DNA of 58,397 bases from a virus (lineage: Duplodnaviria; Caudoviricetes): the IMG/VR virus record IMGVR_UViG_3300037153_000467, positions 1 through 58,397 of that record. The stretch is one strand, 5' to 3'. Position 1 is the first letter of the stretch, and each line of letters starts with the position of its first letter. The notes beneath the pieces were generated by a model, which was given only the letters and a program-made list of their open reading frames with translations, did no database searches and was not told the origin of the DNA. Below are positions 1 through 8,060 of the stretch, piece by piece. Position numbers and translations under genes: made by a program.

Positions 1-127
1 ATCGGGGTTCTGTTGCGGTCTGCGTACTCGCGCAACCTGCGGTACGTGCGACCGCTGACCGAGATGCAGCGCTGGCCCCAGGATCCGGTCTCGCGCTTGG
101 ATGGCATGCCGCACCATGGCACGCGGG
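1..127. repeat. Terminal direct repeat, identical to 58271-58397; indicates a circular assembly
   Basis: First 127 nt match the last 127 nt; 127 is a common assembler k-mer. Confidence 0.97.
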
Positions 128-145
128 TGTGACATCCGATGACCC

Positions 146-460
146 CTACAATTTCGGCAATCTTACATTGGCGCTATCAGTAACCATGTGCAGCGTTCTG
201 AATCCCCATAGCACGCGCCTCTCGCTTTGCTCCTGGGTCAGCGTGATCGGTAAACCGTCGTTGGGCTCGGTCACTGGGTACACCTCAGTCGGATGCGTCG
301 GAGCGTGGGGAGCCCAGCGCGACCAGCCGTAGCCGTACCCATTCCATGAATAGTGACGCGCGAAGCACCGTCCGTCGCGCCCGATCGCAACTTCGACCGC
401 TGCACCGAAGGTATCGTGACCGCTGTAGAGCCTGACTCCAGTTGGCTTCTTCGTCGCCAT
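146..460 (-). CDS. Hypothetical protein, 104 aa (MATKKPTGVRLY...)
   Basis: ORF with ATG just downstream of a sigma54-like promoter. Confidence 0.7.
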   Translation of the reverse strand: MATKKPTGVRLYSGHDTFGAAVEVAIGRDGRCFARHYSWNGYGYGWSRWAPHAPTHPTEVYPVTEPNDGLPITLTQEQSERRVLWGFRTLHMVTDSANVRLPKL

Positions 461-472
461 GCTCGGAGATAA

Positions 473-488
473 TGCTCGGGGCGTGCCA
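473..488 (-). promoter_or_regulatory. Sigma54-type -24/-12 promoter TGGCACG-CCCC-GAGCA
   Basis: Canonical GG-N10-GC spacing, intergenic, just upstream of the ATG at 460. Confidence 0.65.
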
Positions 489-520
489 CTCTCGTCGACG
501 GCGCAACTGCTCGACACCAA

Positions 521-557
521 TCATGACGCGGTGCCCGCGCTCGTCCGGAGTGTGGCG
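521..557. repeat. Repeated regulatory motif (TCATGACGCGGTGC-N8-GTCCGGAGTGTGGCG)
   Basis: Shared with 2492-2525; 541-557 is an exact 17-bp reverse complement of 7524-7540. Confidence 0.75.
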
Positions 558-1145
558 ACGCGACGACACCAGTGAAGATCCTGCCTCAGGAATCTGAGAG
601 ACGGCTGATTTGTCCGCTCGAACAGACGATCTGCCGCGCCTGGCGGATGATTCGACCGACACGGGCGCGCAATCGACCGATCTGTATCGCCCACTACAGA
701 CGGGCACTCTGCCCCGCTGCCTTCTTAGGAGCGTGGGGTTGGCAATCTCCCGAACCTGCTACCCGCTGGGAGATGTCGATCGGCCGGATCACCAGCAATG
801 GCAATCTGCGTTCACCGTGCGCCGAATCTCCTCCGAGCCTGACGAGCAGAGCCTCTCCCCCTCTGAGCTTGTGACGAAGATCCGATTCTGGATCGGCATC
901 GAGCTCCTGGTAGGCGACCGCTACGCCGCCGAGCTGCGCGCTCGCCCGCCGCTGAGGGCCGAGTTCCGGCCTGATGCTCCAGCGTGGACCAGGCGCCCGA
1001 AGCCGGCCCCGGCTCCGCGCCCGGCGCACGAGATCCGCGCTCGAGCTGCCGCGCTGGGCATCGGAGCGGGCCGCCGCGGGCAGTGGCTACGGCGCTGAGG
1101 ATCGCGCGGACCGTCACGCACCCGACCGGCGCACGTGGGAGCGGA

Positions 1146-1403
1146 TCAGTCCCAGCCGTAGCAGCCGCAGTAATACTCGTCGTGGTCGCGGTCGGGGCGG
1201 TGGCGGAAGAACGCGAGTCCTGGGCTGGACGGCCGCTCACCGTGCGACCCGTAGGAACAGAGCGCGGTGCGCCCCTCGAGCTTCGGCGGGTCGGTCGCGA
1301 CCTCGGTGCATTGGTGAAGGCCGCATCCGACGAGCGCGGGGCCGCCGTTGCTGCTGATGTCGCCGGTCGCCGCGCATCCGCACTTCATGATCGGGGCGCT
1401 CAT
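1146..1403 (-). CDS. Small Cys-rich phage hypothetical protein (ends YYCGCYGWD)
   Basis: ORF, ATGA coupling to the upstream gene, several Cys motifs. Confidence 0.75.
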   Translation of the reverse strand: MSAPIMKCGCAATGDISSNGGPALVGCGLHQCTEVATDPPKLEGRTALCSYGSHGERPSSPGLAFFRHRPDRDHDEYYCGCYGWD

Positions 1404-1699
1404 CGGTGCAGCATCCCGGTCGACCAGGCCGCGAGCAGCACGATGGCGACCATGATGGCGATGCTCGCGAGCGGGGCGAGGCGCGACGGGCGAGCCGTGT
1501 GCGTGCGCTCGGTGGTCGCGACGCAGGCGGCGACCTGGGCGGGCTGGCGGGCCTGAGCGGCGCGGCGAGCGGTCAGCACGGGCGGCAGCTGCACGCGGGT
1601 CAGCCGGCGCGAGCTCAGGCAGATGCGCTGGAGCCGGTGCGCGGCGAACGCATGGGCGGGGAGCGAGACGGGCGAGCGGTGGACGAGTAGGGTCTTCAT
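1400..1699 (-). CDS. Hypothetical protein with C-terminal transmembrane helix
   Basis: ORF; hydrophobic C-terminal LASIAIMVAIVLLAAW. Confidence 0.6.
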   Translation of the reverse strand: MKTLLVHRSPVSLPAHAFAAHRLQRICLSSRRLTRVQLPPVLTARRAAQARQPAQVAACVATTERTHTARPSRLAPLASIAIMVAIVLLAAWSTGMLHR

Positions 1700-1700
1700 G

Positions 1701-1904
1701 TCACACCCCCATCGCAGCGTCGAGCATGTCGGCAGCCCTGCAGCGAATGGACCATCGCTCCGTGGTGCTGGCGGCATCCTCGTCTCCTGGGTCGTGGCCA
1801 TCGCGCAGGCCGGCCCAGATCTCCGGGTGCGCCGCGAGCAGCTCGGCGCGGACCTGTGTCTCGTCGCGGCGATGCTCGGGCCAGCGGTAGGGCTTGGTGG
1901 ACAT
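1701..1904 (-). CDS. Hypothetical protein (MSTKPYRWPEH...)
   Basis: Tightly packed ORF in operon. Confidence 0.65.
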   Translation of the reverse strand: MSTKPYRWPEHRRDETQVRAELLAAHPEIWAGLRDGHDPGDEDAASTTERWSIRCRAADMLDAAMGV

Positions 1905-2416
1905 CAGCGCCACCCCGCGGCCGGAATCGTGAGGTGCGCGCCGGTCGGCAGGATGACCCGCCATGTGCCGTCCTTCTGCCGGACGACATCCATCCATTCG
2001 ATCTCAGCGCCCTTGCTCGACGGGCCAATGACGAGCCCGACCTTGCCGTCGTGCGCCGCCTCGCCCTGCGACGAGCCACCGCGCAGCGACCGATCGTAGT
2101 CGGCCAGCAGGTCGCCGACGTACACGTCGCCGCGCACGCTCGCCTTGCGGTCCGCGGCGAGGAACGTGCCACGAGGCAGGCGCGTGGCGGAGACGAAGCG
2201 CCAGGACCCACCCGGGCTGAGCGCCCGACGGTAGGTCTCGGTCCCGTTGCCCTTGGCGTTGAGGTCCCGCCACGCGCCTCGAACGCGGATCGCGACGGCC
2301 GTCGGGTCCTGGGCCGCTCCGGTCGCGATGTCACAGGCGATCCTGACGAGTTCTGACGGGGCGGCGGTGGCGGGCTCGGCCGTTGCGGTGGTCTGCTCTG
2401 CGGTGGTCGTCGTCAT
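1904..2416 (-). CDS. Hypothetical protein, 170 aa (MTTTTAEQ...)
   Basis: ORF with AAGGAG RBS. Confidence 0.75.
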   Translation of the reverse strand: MTTTTAEQTTATAEPATAAPSELVRIACDIATGAAQDPTAVAIRVRGAWRDLNAKGNGTETYRRALSPGGSWRFVSATRLPRGTFLAADRKASVRGDVYVGDLLADYDRSLRGGSSQGEAAHDGKVGLVIGPSSKGAEIEWMDVVRQKDGTWRVILPTGAHLTIPAAGWR

Positions 2417-2443
2417 GGTTCTTGTCTCCTTGCCATGGGCTAC

Positions 2444-2459
2444 TGCTTCCCGCGTGCCA
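2444..2459 (-). promoter_or_regulatory. Sigma54-type promoter TGGCACG-CGGG-AAGCA
   Basis: GG-N10-GC spacing, intergenic, upstream of the RBS and ATG at 2416. Confidence 0.7.
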
Positions 2460-2491
2460 TCTCTGGCACTCTCCCAACTACCCATCTCGAC

Positions 2492-2568
2492 TCATGACGC
2501 GGTGCTCAGACCCAGTCCGGAGTGTTGTACGATCGGCACATCCCGGATACCGGGCGCCACACTCCGGA
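2492..2568. repeat. Repeated and inverted regulatory motif (TCCGGAGTGT...ACACTCCGGA; CCGGATAC-N4-CGCCACACTCCGGA)
   Basis: 10-bp inverted pair 2516-2525 and 2559-2568; 2543-2568 matches 7512-7537 except N4. Confidence 0.75.
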
Positions 2569-2571
2569 GGC

Positions 2572-2907
2572 TCACTGCCCCTCATTGTCCGGCTCATCGA
2601 GCACCCGCACATCGCCATACTCACCGCTCGTGATGTCCTTCGTGGACACCAGGACAGAGTCGTGCCACTCCTCGGCGAGCCGAGCCGCCTGCTCTTTCGT
2701 CAGCAGACGATCGCGGAAGCGCTCTGGCGGATCGCCGACTCCGAAGTCCTCATATACAGGCCAGCCGGCCACCTCGCCGCCGGGATTGCAGCCCATGCGA
2801 TGGGTCTCGCGGATCGCGGTGGTCATGTCGGGCGCGCGGACGATCACGATCCCGAGGAAGCCAGCCTCGCTCGCGAATGACAGCCACCACCAGATTGCAG
2901 CGCTCAC
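2572..2907 (-). CDS. Phage hypothetical protein (WWWLSFA...GCNPGGEV)
   Basis: GTGA-coupled to the upstream peptide gene. Confidence 0.7.
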   Translation of the reverse strand: MSAAIWWWLSFASEAGFLGIVIVRAPDMTTAIRETHRMGCNPGGEVAGWPVYEDFGVGDPPERFRDRLLTKEQAARLAEEWHDSVLVSTKDITSGEYGDVRVLDEPDNEGQ

Positions 2908-3071
2908 AGCGTGCAGCCCCGATAGGGGCTCGTCGGCCAGTCCCCGCACGGGTTACAGCTCGCCTCGTCGAGCGAGTCGTTGCGGGCGCCAGCGGCTGCG
3001 CGGCGCAGATCGTGTTCGGCCAGCTGGCGGATGGTCTCGCGGTTCAGTCGCAGCTTGGTGGTTCGCTTCAT
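2904..3071 (-). CDS. RiPP/lanthipeptide-like precursor peptide 1, 55 aa: MKRTTKLRLNRETIRQLAEHDLRRAAAG|ARNDSLDEASCNPCGDWPTSPYRGCTL
   Basis: Translated by hand (below the ORF-track cut-off); AGGAG RBS; LxLxRETIRxL leader, AG cleavage-like site, core with 3 Cys and 5 Ser/Thr. Confidence 0.8.
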   Translation of the reverse strand: MKRTTKLRLNRETIRQLAEHDLRRAAAGARNDSLDEASCNPCGDWPTSPYRGCTL

Positions 3072-3171
3072 GATGTCTGGTCTCCTGGGTTGGTGGGTGG
3101 TCTTTTCCGAAGCTTCGTAGGCGGCAGCAGCGCCTCGAGCATGACGAAGCCCAGCGCGATCAGCGCGGCGG

Positions 3172-3402
3172 TCAGCACCGACTCACTCCTTGGCGGGCGA
3201 GGAACGCGATCGTGCCCTCGCAGCGCGCGCATCGCCGGGCGCTCGGGTCAGCCTCGGGCCCCGCGCTCTCGCGCGCGACATAGGCGCAGACAGACCTAGC
3301 GGCGCCCGGGGCGAACGCGTGTGCTCCGACGACAGGGCGTCCGTCGGCGCGCCGTGTCGATTGGTAGCGCGGCGTGAACGCGAGCCACTGGACGTCACCC
3401 AT
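3172..3402 (-). CDS. Small putative zinc-binding protein (H...C...CxxC)
   Basis: ORF with GGAGG RBS. Confidence 0.65.
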   Translation of the reverse strand: MGDVQWLAFTPRYQSTRRADGRPVVGAHAFAPGAARSVCAYVARESAGPEADPSARRCARCEGTIAFLARQGVSRC

Positions 3403-3934
3403 GGCCGCCCTCCAGCTGCGTCGTGATGGCCTCGGCGATCTCGTCCAGCCTGTCGGCGTCGCGTTGCAGCGTCTCGACATCCTCGGGATCGTGGCCCTTG
3501 TCGCTGCGGTAGACGTGCGCCTGCCTCTCGATCGCCATCGATACAGCCGCCGCCAAATCACGCGGGATCTCGACGACGATGCCTTCTGGCCGATCGGCGA
3601 GACCGCCGCCGATCGACTCGAGCGCGCGGGCGATGGCCTCGCAGGTCTCCGGGAACTCCTCGTGCGCGCGGTCGACGAACTTCTCCAGCGCGTCGACGTG
3701 CTGCTCGGTCAGCCCGCCCTCGCCCAGCACGGCGGTCTGCCGGACGTTGCGGATCGCGAGCTCGCGCTGGAGCTCGACGACACGCAGCTCCCAGGCGCGG
3801 CGCGCGAACGGATCGGGGTGCGTGACGTGCAGGCGCGCGTCGTCCAGCGCGGCGAGCACGTCCTCCTTCGGCCACAGCGTGAGATCGGCCGCCGAGAACT
3901 TCGGCTGATGGAACGTGGCGGTCTCGGTGGTCAT
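3395..3934 (-). CDS. Hypothetical helical protein, 179 aa
   Basis: ORF, coupled in operon. Confidence 0.8.
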   Translation of the reverse strand: MTTETATFHQPKFSAADLTLWPKEDVLAALDDARLHVTHPDPFARRAWELRVVELQRELAIRNVRQTAVLGEGGLTEQHVDALEKFVDRAHEEFPETCEAIARALESIGGGLADRPEGIVVEIPRDLAAAVSMAIERQAHVYRSDKGHDPEDVETLQRDADRLDEIAEAITTQLEGGHG

Positions 3935-4377
3935 GGCTTGGTGCTCCTGTACAGGTCGATAGCGATTCGGAGATCATCGGCTCGACCTTCTACTGCCGCG
4001 TCGACAACATCGCGCATCAACGCCACCTCTCGCTCTAACCTGAGGCTGGCGTTGACCGCATCGGCGGCCGAGTTGATAGCTGCCGCGCTGGTCTCGCGCA
4101 GTAGCAGACACTCGGCCTCCAACCGCTGGTTGTAGTCCAGCGCCGCCTCGAGCTGGTCCGCGAGGTCGCGGAGGTTGTTGCGCGTGCGAGCGATGGCGGA
4201 GTCCTCGTCGACCGTCGCTTCGCCTGAAAACTTGGCGAGCTCGATCGTCCCGTCTTCCTCGCTGTGGTGGTAGAGAACGTCGGCCTCGGCGATCCACGGC
4301 GCCGGCGTCATCCGACGGTCATCCTCCCTCGCCTCGCTCACCAGCCTGGCGCAGAGCGCGGGGTCGAGCGCGGTCAT
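3931..4377 (-). CDS. Ead/Ea22-like protein; paralog of 22483-22905
   Basis: TPAPW and AIARTRNNLRDLADQLE motifs; first 20 aa identical to the paralog. Confidence 0.7.
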   Translation of the reverse strand: MTALDPALCARLVSEAREDDRRMTPAPWIAEADVLYHHSEEDGTIELAKFSGEATVDEDSAIARTRNNLRDLADQLEAALDYNQRLEAECLLLRETSAAAINSAADAVNASLRLEREVALMRDVVDAAVEGRADDLRIAIDLYRSTKP

Positions 4378-4745
4378 GGTGTCACCTTCGTGAGCGCGGC
4401 GTCATACGCCCGCTTGAACTGGTCGTACTTGCGATCCTCGGCGTCGATCGCTGCATACGCCGAATCGGGCGCGTCCTTCTGGCGGTACACCTCGAACCTC
4501 GCGCGGGCTGCCACCCGCTCTTGATCGCGCAACGCCAGCGCCGCAGCCGCGATCTCCAGGAGCACGGGCGCGGCGTCTGATATGACCAGCTGCGCGCACG
4601 CGTTGCACAGCGGGCTTGGCTCGCGCCCAGCGGCAAGGACCATCGTGCAGCGGCATCTCCGGCACACATATGTTCCATCGGCCTCGTCGCAGTCTGGCTC
4701 TCCGCACCATGCATGCAGCTCCGCGATGCTCGGTCGGTCGGTCAT
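4374..4745 (-). CDS. Hypothetical Cys-rich (CxxC) protein
   Basis: ATGA-coupled ORF. Confidence 0.7.
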   Translation of the reverse strand: MTDRPSIAELHAWCGEPDCDEADGTYVCRRCRCTMVLAAGREPSPLCNACAQLVISDAAPVLLEIAAAALALRDQERVAARARFEVYRQKDAPDSAYAAIDAEDRKYDQFKRAYDAALTKVTP

Positions 4746-5110
4746 GGCAAATCCTCGTCGGTGGGGAACGCGCTCACCTCGGCGTCGAGGCTGGCGTTCA
4801 CGTCGGAGTAGTCGAACCCGGTGATGGACTTGGTGGCGCGCTCGAGCGCGGCCTGCACCGGGCGCTCGTCGTTGCGGCTCGCGGTGATCCAGATCGAGCC
4901 GCGCACGGTGACCCGGACCAGCGTCCACTCGATCGTCGTGCCTTCGAGATCGACGCGGGTCATCCGCTCGCGCTCGATCGGCAGCTTGCGCTCCTCGGCC
5001 CATGCCTCGAGCGCGTCGGCCGCGCGGTCGCCGTCGAGCGTGAGGCCCTGTGCCATTTCCCCGGCCGCGGCGAACGCCTGCAGCAGCACGATGATGTTGA
5101 GGTCGGTCAT
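4742..5110 (-). CDS. Hypothetical protein (MTDLNIIVLLQAF...)
   Basis: ATGA-coupled ORF. Confidence 0.7.
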   Translation of the reverse strand: MTDLNIIVLLQAFAAAGEMAQGLTLDGDRAADALEAWAEERKLPIERERMTRVDLEGTTIEWTLVRVTVRGSIWITASRNDERPVQAALERATKSITGFDYSDVNASLDAEVSAFPTDEDLP

Positions 5111-5796
5111 GCTGCCGCCATCGGTGCGGCGCGCAGCAGGTCGAGGAGCTTCGCGCGAGCCGCCGTGTTCCACTTCGCCCGCGCGGCGGCGGCGTCGGCG
5201 GTGGCGGCGGCGGCGGCGTCGGCGGCGTCGTCGGCGGCGAGGGCGGCGTCGGCGTCGGCGGCGGCGGCGGCGGCGGCGGCGGCGTAGTAGGTGGCGGCGG
5301 CGGCGGCGGCGTAGGTGGCGGCGGCGCTCCTTGCCTGCCTGAACTGCTCCGGCGTTCCGCCGTTGCGCCATAGATTGGCCACCGCCCGGATCGGAGCCTC
5401 GCAACCAGGTTGGCCCTTGGCATGCCGGATGACGCCGTGCGTTTCATCGAGCAGCATCCAAACCGCCCACTGCGGCCAGACCGGAGCAAGGTCGGCGCCG
5501 GGCTTGATCGCGGCGAGAAACTCCTCGGGCCACGCTAGCCAGGCATCACGATTGCGGCGCGGGATCTGCTCGAACAACGCATCCTCGAGGCGAGCAAGCA
5601 CCTCTGGAATGCCGAGCTCGATCGGATATCGGCTGTGCCGGTACGCATCGAGGGTGCAGCCCACGGCGCAGCCCTTGCCATCGGCCCATCCTGTGCCCTG
5701 AACGAGTTCATCTGCGCGGCGATGCGCCCGCACGCGGCGCAGGTACTTGGCCTTGATCTTGGGGTCGCCGTGGTAGGCGATGAGAGTTGTGGTCAC
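5107..5796 (-). CDS. Phage protein with GCAVGC motif and Ala-rich C-terminal tract
   Basis: YHGDPKIKAKYL...GKGCAVGCTL N-terminus; GCC-rich tract at about 5183-5326. Confidence 0.8.
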   Translation of the reverse strand: MTTTLIAYHGDPKIKAKYLRRVRAHRRADELVQGTGWADGKGCAVGCTLDAYRHSRYPIELGIPEVLARLEDALFEQIPRRNRDAWLAWPEEFLAAIKPGADLAPVWPQWAVWMLLDETHGVIRHAKGQPGCEAPIRAVANLWRNGGTPEQFRQARSAAATYAAAAAATYYAAAAAAAAADADAALAADDAADAAAAATADAAAARAKWNTAARAKLLDLLRAAPMAAA

Positions 5797-6293
5797 GGTC
5801 TGGTCCTTTCTGGGATCGGGATCTCGACGACGACGGTGTCCGCATCGTCGAGTGAAATGTGCGAGTGGATGCGGTCGTTGAGCGTGTCAGTCCGCGCCTT
5901 GGCAACGACCTCGGCCGCTGGCATGGTGCCGGCGAGCCGATGGCGCAGCACGACGTTCTCGGCACTGACCATCGCGTGGTCGCTCAACGCGCACGCCAAC
6001 CGTCCATGCACGTCGAGCATCTCGCGCGCATGCTGGTCAACCACCACCACGAACGCCATGCAGATCCTGGCCACGTCCGCGTCGCCGAGCGCGTTCGGGT
6101 CAGCTGCTCCCTCGTGCGCGGCAGCGAGCAACTGCGCCGGCGTCCAGTCGGCGACCCGGCCGACGTCCAGTCGGTCCGCCATCGCCGGCGGCGCGTGTGG
6201 CATGCCGAACCTGCGCGAGGCATCGGCATACCCGCGGGTCTCGGTGCGCGGCGCGTCGGGCGGGTGGAGCTGCGGGATCGCGTCGCGGGTCAC
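5793..6293 (-). CDS. Hypothetical protein, 166 aa
   Basis: GTGA-coupled ORF. Confidence 0.65.
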   Translation of the reverse strand: MTRDAIPQLHPPDAPRTETRGYADASRRFGMPHAPPAMADRLDVGRVADWTPAQLLAAAHEGAADPNALGDADVARICMAFVVVVDQHAREMLDVHGRLACALSDHAMVSAENVVLRHRLAGTMPAAEVVAKARTDTLNDRIHSHISLDDADTVVVEIPIPERTRP

Positions 6294-6478
6294 GGCAGCA
6301 CCGTCGCCGCGACAAGCCACACCTCGCGGCGCTCCTTCTCGATCTCGATGCGCAGGTTGGCCCTCGCCCGGCCGGCCTCGAGCTGGTCGGCGAGCGCGCG
6401 CAGCAGACCGGCCACCTCGCGGACCTGGCCCGATGGGAGCCGGGCGCGGCGCGCGTTTGGGCGCACGACGTCGCTCAC
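6290..6478 (-). CDS. Hypothetical protein, 62 aa
   Basis: Coupled ORF. Confidence 0.65.
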   Translation of the reverse strand: MSDVVRPNARRARLPSGQVREVAGLLRALADQLEAGRARANLRIEIEKERREVWLVAATVLP

Positions 6479-6711
6479 GGCTTGGCTCCGCGCTTGAGCG
6501 CCTCGGCTGCGGTCGCCGTCGGGGCATGCCTAACAAGCACACCGCCACGGACGATCGAGACCACGCGGCAGCATTCATGGCAGCGCGCGGCCCATTCGCC
6601 GAGATCCGGATCGAAGCTCGGCACTGTACCCGAGGCGACGCAGTATTGCCGGTCGCCGATCGTGTACGAGCGGCGCGATGCACCCTCGAGATACACGCGC
6701 TCGCTACCCAT
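6475..6711 (-). CDS. Small putative zinc-finger protein (CxxC...RH)
   Basis: AAGGAG RBS, ORF. Confidence 0.6.
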   Translation of the reverse strand: MGSERVYLEGASRRSYTIGDRQYCVASGTVPSFDPDLGEWAARCHECCRVVSIVRGGVLVRHAPTATAAEALKRGAKP

Positions 6712-6895
6712 TGCCATTCTCCTTCGCGCGGGTGGCGCGCACCGCAGGATCGTGATGTGTGCTGCCGGGACAGTGGTTGCCGGTGCGGCCTGCGTGATTG
6801 CGGATAGAACCGTCGGGTCGTGTGGCGATGTTGCCTCCACAGACGGAGCATCGGATCGGAGCGCAGATCTCGACGCCTCTCTGGTCGACGGCCAT
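6704..6895 (-). CDS. Small putative zinc-finger protein (CSVC...H...CPGS)
   Basis: ORF with CxxC/H/C motif. Confidence 0.65.
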   Translation of the reverse strand: MAVDQRGVEICAPIRCSVCGGNIATRPDGSIRNHAGRTGNHCPGSTHHDPAVRATRAKENGNG

Positions 6896-6897
6896 GG

Positions 6898-7209
6898 CTA
6901 CACCATCTCCATGATCTCGACCCTGCGATCGCGCCGGTCGCCGAACGAGCGCACGGCCCGGGCGAGCTCGTGCCGGGCATCGGTCTCGAGGGTCATGAGG
7001 AGCGGTCTCTCGTCGCCCCAGCCCGCGGTCGGGCCGCGCTCGTCCGCGGTCCACCACGCCATGACCTCGCCGTCGTCGTCCAGCCACGCGATGCGGTACC
7101 GGCCAGACTTGACGGGCGCGGAGCCGGGCTGGAGCACGAAGCACTGCCGGCCGCGCGCGCTGGCGCCGGCGCTGAGCGCGCCCCATGTCCAGAAGTCGAA
7201 GTCGCTCAC
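6898..7209 (-). CDS. Hypothetical protein (VSDFDFWTWG...)
   Basis: GTGA-coupled ORF. Confidence 0.7.
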   Translation of the reverse strand: MSDFDFWTWGALSAGASARGRQCFVLQPGSAPVKSGRYRIAWLDDDGEVMAWWTADERGPTAGWGDERPLLMTLETDARHELARAVRSFGDRRDRRVEIMEMV

Positions 7210-7400
7210 AGCATGCCTCCGGCGGCGCGCTGGCCGGTCTCCCATGCGAAGCGGCGCGCGACCTCGGAGTCATCGCAGCGGACCCAACCGCTCGCCCACA
7301 GCACGCCTGTGCAGGTCGCGGTGTAGTGATAGCCCTGGCCGTCGCGCAGGACTCCCACGAGCCACTCGTTGTCCATGTTCATCTGATCCATGTCGCTCAT
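7206..7400 (-). CDS. Hypothetical protein, first gene of the leftward accessory operon
   Basis: GGAGG RBS, downstream of a sigma54-like promoter. Confidence 0.7.
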   Translation of the reverse strand: MSDMDQMNMDNEWLVGVLRDGQGYHYTATCTGVLWASGWVRCDDSEVARRFAWETGQRAAGGML

Positions 7401-7422
7401 CGCTTCCATGCCTCCCCCTCAC

Positions 7423-7438
7423 TGCTTGCGCCGTGCCA
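7423..7438 (-). promoter_or_regulatory. Sigma54-type promoter TGGCACG-GCGC-AAGCA (leftward)
   Basis: GG-N10-GC in the divergent intergenic region. Confidence 0.7.
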
Positions 7439-7511
7439 CGCGATCGCGCGCGCGGTCATCTCGAATCGTCGCGTACTTGCTCTCGACCGTGAGGCTCGTA
7501 CCCACGCTCGA

Positions 7512-7540
7512 CCGGATACGCAGCGCCACACTCCGGACGA
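7512..7540. promoter_or_regulatory. Shared upstream motif CCGGATAC-N4-CGCCACACTCCGGACGA; candidate enhancer or operator
   Basis: Lies between two divergent sigma54-like promoters; repeated at 541-557, 2543-2568 and 40315-40326. Confidence 0.6.
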
Positions 7541-7603
7541 CTACCCGACGAAAAACTGAGAGGTCGGTCGAGAGGCGTCGCGGGGTTGGGGCGCGATTCG
7601 GGC

Positions 7604-7619
7604 TGGCACGAGAACGGCA
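7604..7619 (+). promoter_or_regulatory. Sigma54-type promoter TGGCACG-AGAA-CGGCA (rightward)
   Basis: GG-N10-GC, just upstream of the ATG at 7635. Confidence 0.65.
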
Positions 7620-7634
7620 ATGACCGAGAGCATC

Positions 7635-7814
7635 ATGAAGACCAGAAGCCTCCAAGACCTGCTCGCCGAGCGCCGCGCCAACGTCCAGGAGATGCGCCGC
7701 GAGACCGACAAGACGGCGCGCGCGATGCTGCAGTTCCACATCGACCAGATCGATCGCGAGATCTACAGCCGCCACAACGACCAGACCGCCAACGCGCTGA
7801 TCATGGGAGCGTGA
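7635..7814 (+). CDS. Hypothetical helical protein
   Basis: ORF. Confidence 0.7.
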   Translation: MKTRSLQDLLAERRANVQEMRRETDKTARAMLQFHIDQIDREIYSRHNDQTANALIMGA

Positions 7815-7815
7815 C

Positions 7816-8058
7816 ATGAAGGCGACCACCAGCACGATGAAGCCCGAGACCAGCACGCTCCACATCCCGCAGATCGTCGAGGCGATGCGCCGCGCCGGTC
7901 GCGATGAGCTGGTCCACTATGCCGGCGCCGCGCACCGCGACCTCGTCGCGTGGCACATGACCGCCGAGTGGCTGGTGACCCCGGGCGCCAGCGAGGCGGA
8001 GCTCAAGCGGCGCGCGCTGGTCGCCGCGGGGTACCCGAGTTCTACGATCGGAGTATAG
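7816..8058 (+). CDS. Hypothetical protein, 80 aa
   Basis: GGAG RBS, ORF. Confidence 0.7.
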   Translation: MKATTSTMKPETSTLHIPQIVEAMRRAGRDELVHYAGAAHRDLVAWHMTAEWLVTPGASEAELKRRALVAAGYPSSTIGV

Positions 8059-8060
8059 CT

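Noticed and set aside
1-127. Biological terminal repeat or att site
   Set aside because: The length equals a common assembler k-mer and the repeat starts inside a gene, so it is best read as a circularisation overlap.
572-1140. Plus-strand ORFs 572-874 and 610-1098, or an ncRNA
   Set aside because: No recognisable motif, RBS or convincing structure; left unannotated.
2156-2171. Sigma54-like match TGGCACG-TTCC-TCGCC
   Set aside because: Lies inside a coding region and lacks the final W; it shows that chance matches occur at this GC content.
5183-5326. GCC/GGC repeat tract as a contingency locus or DGR variable region
   Set aside because: Explained by an Ala-rich protein segment; no reverse transcriptase or template repeat was found.
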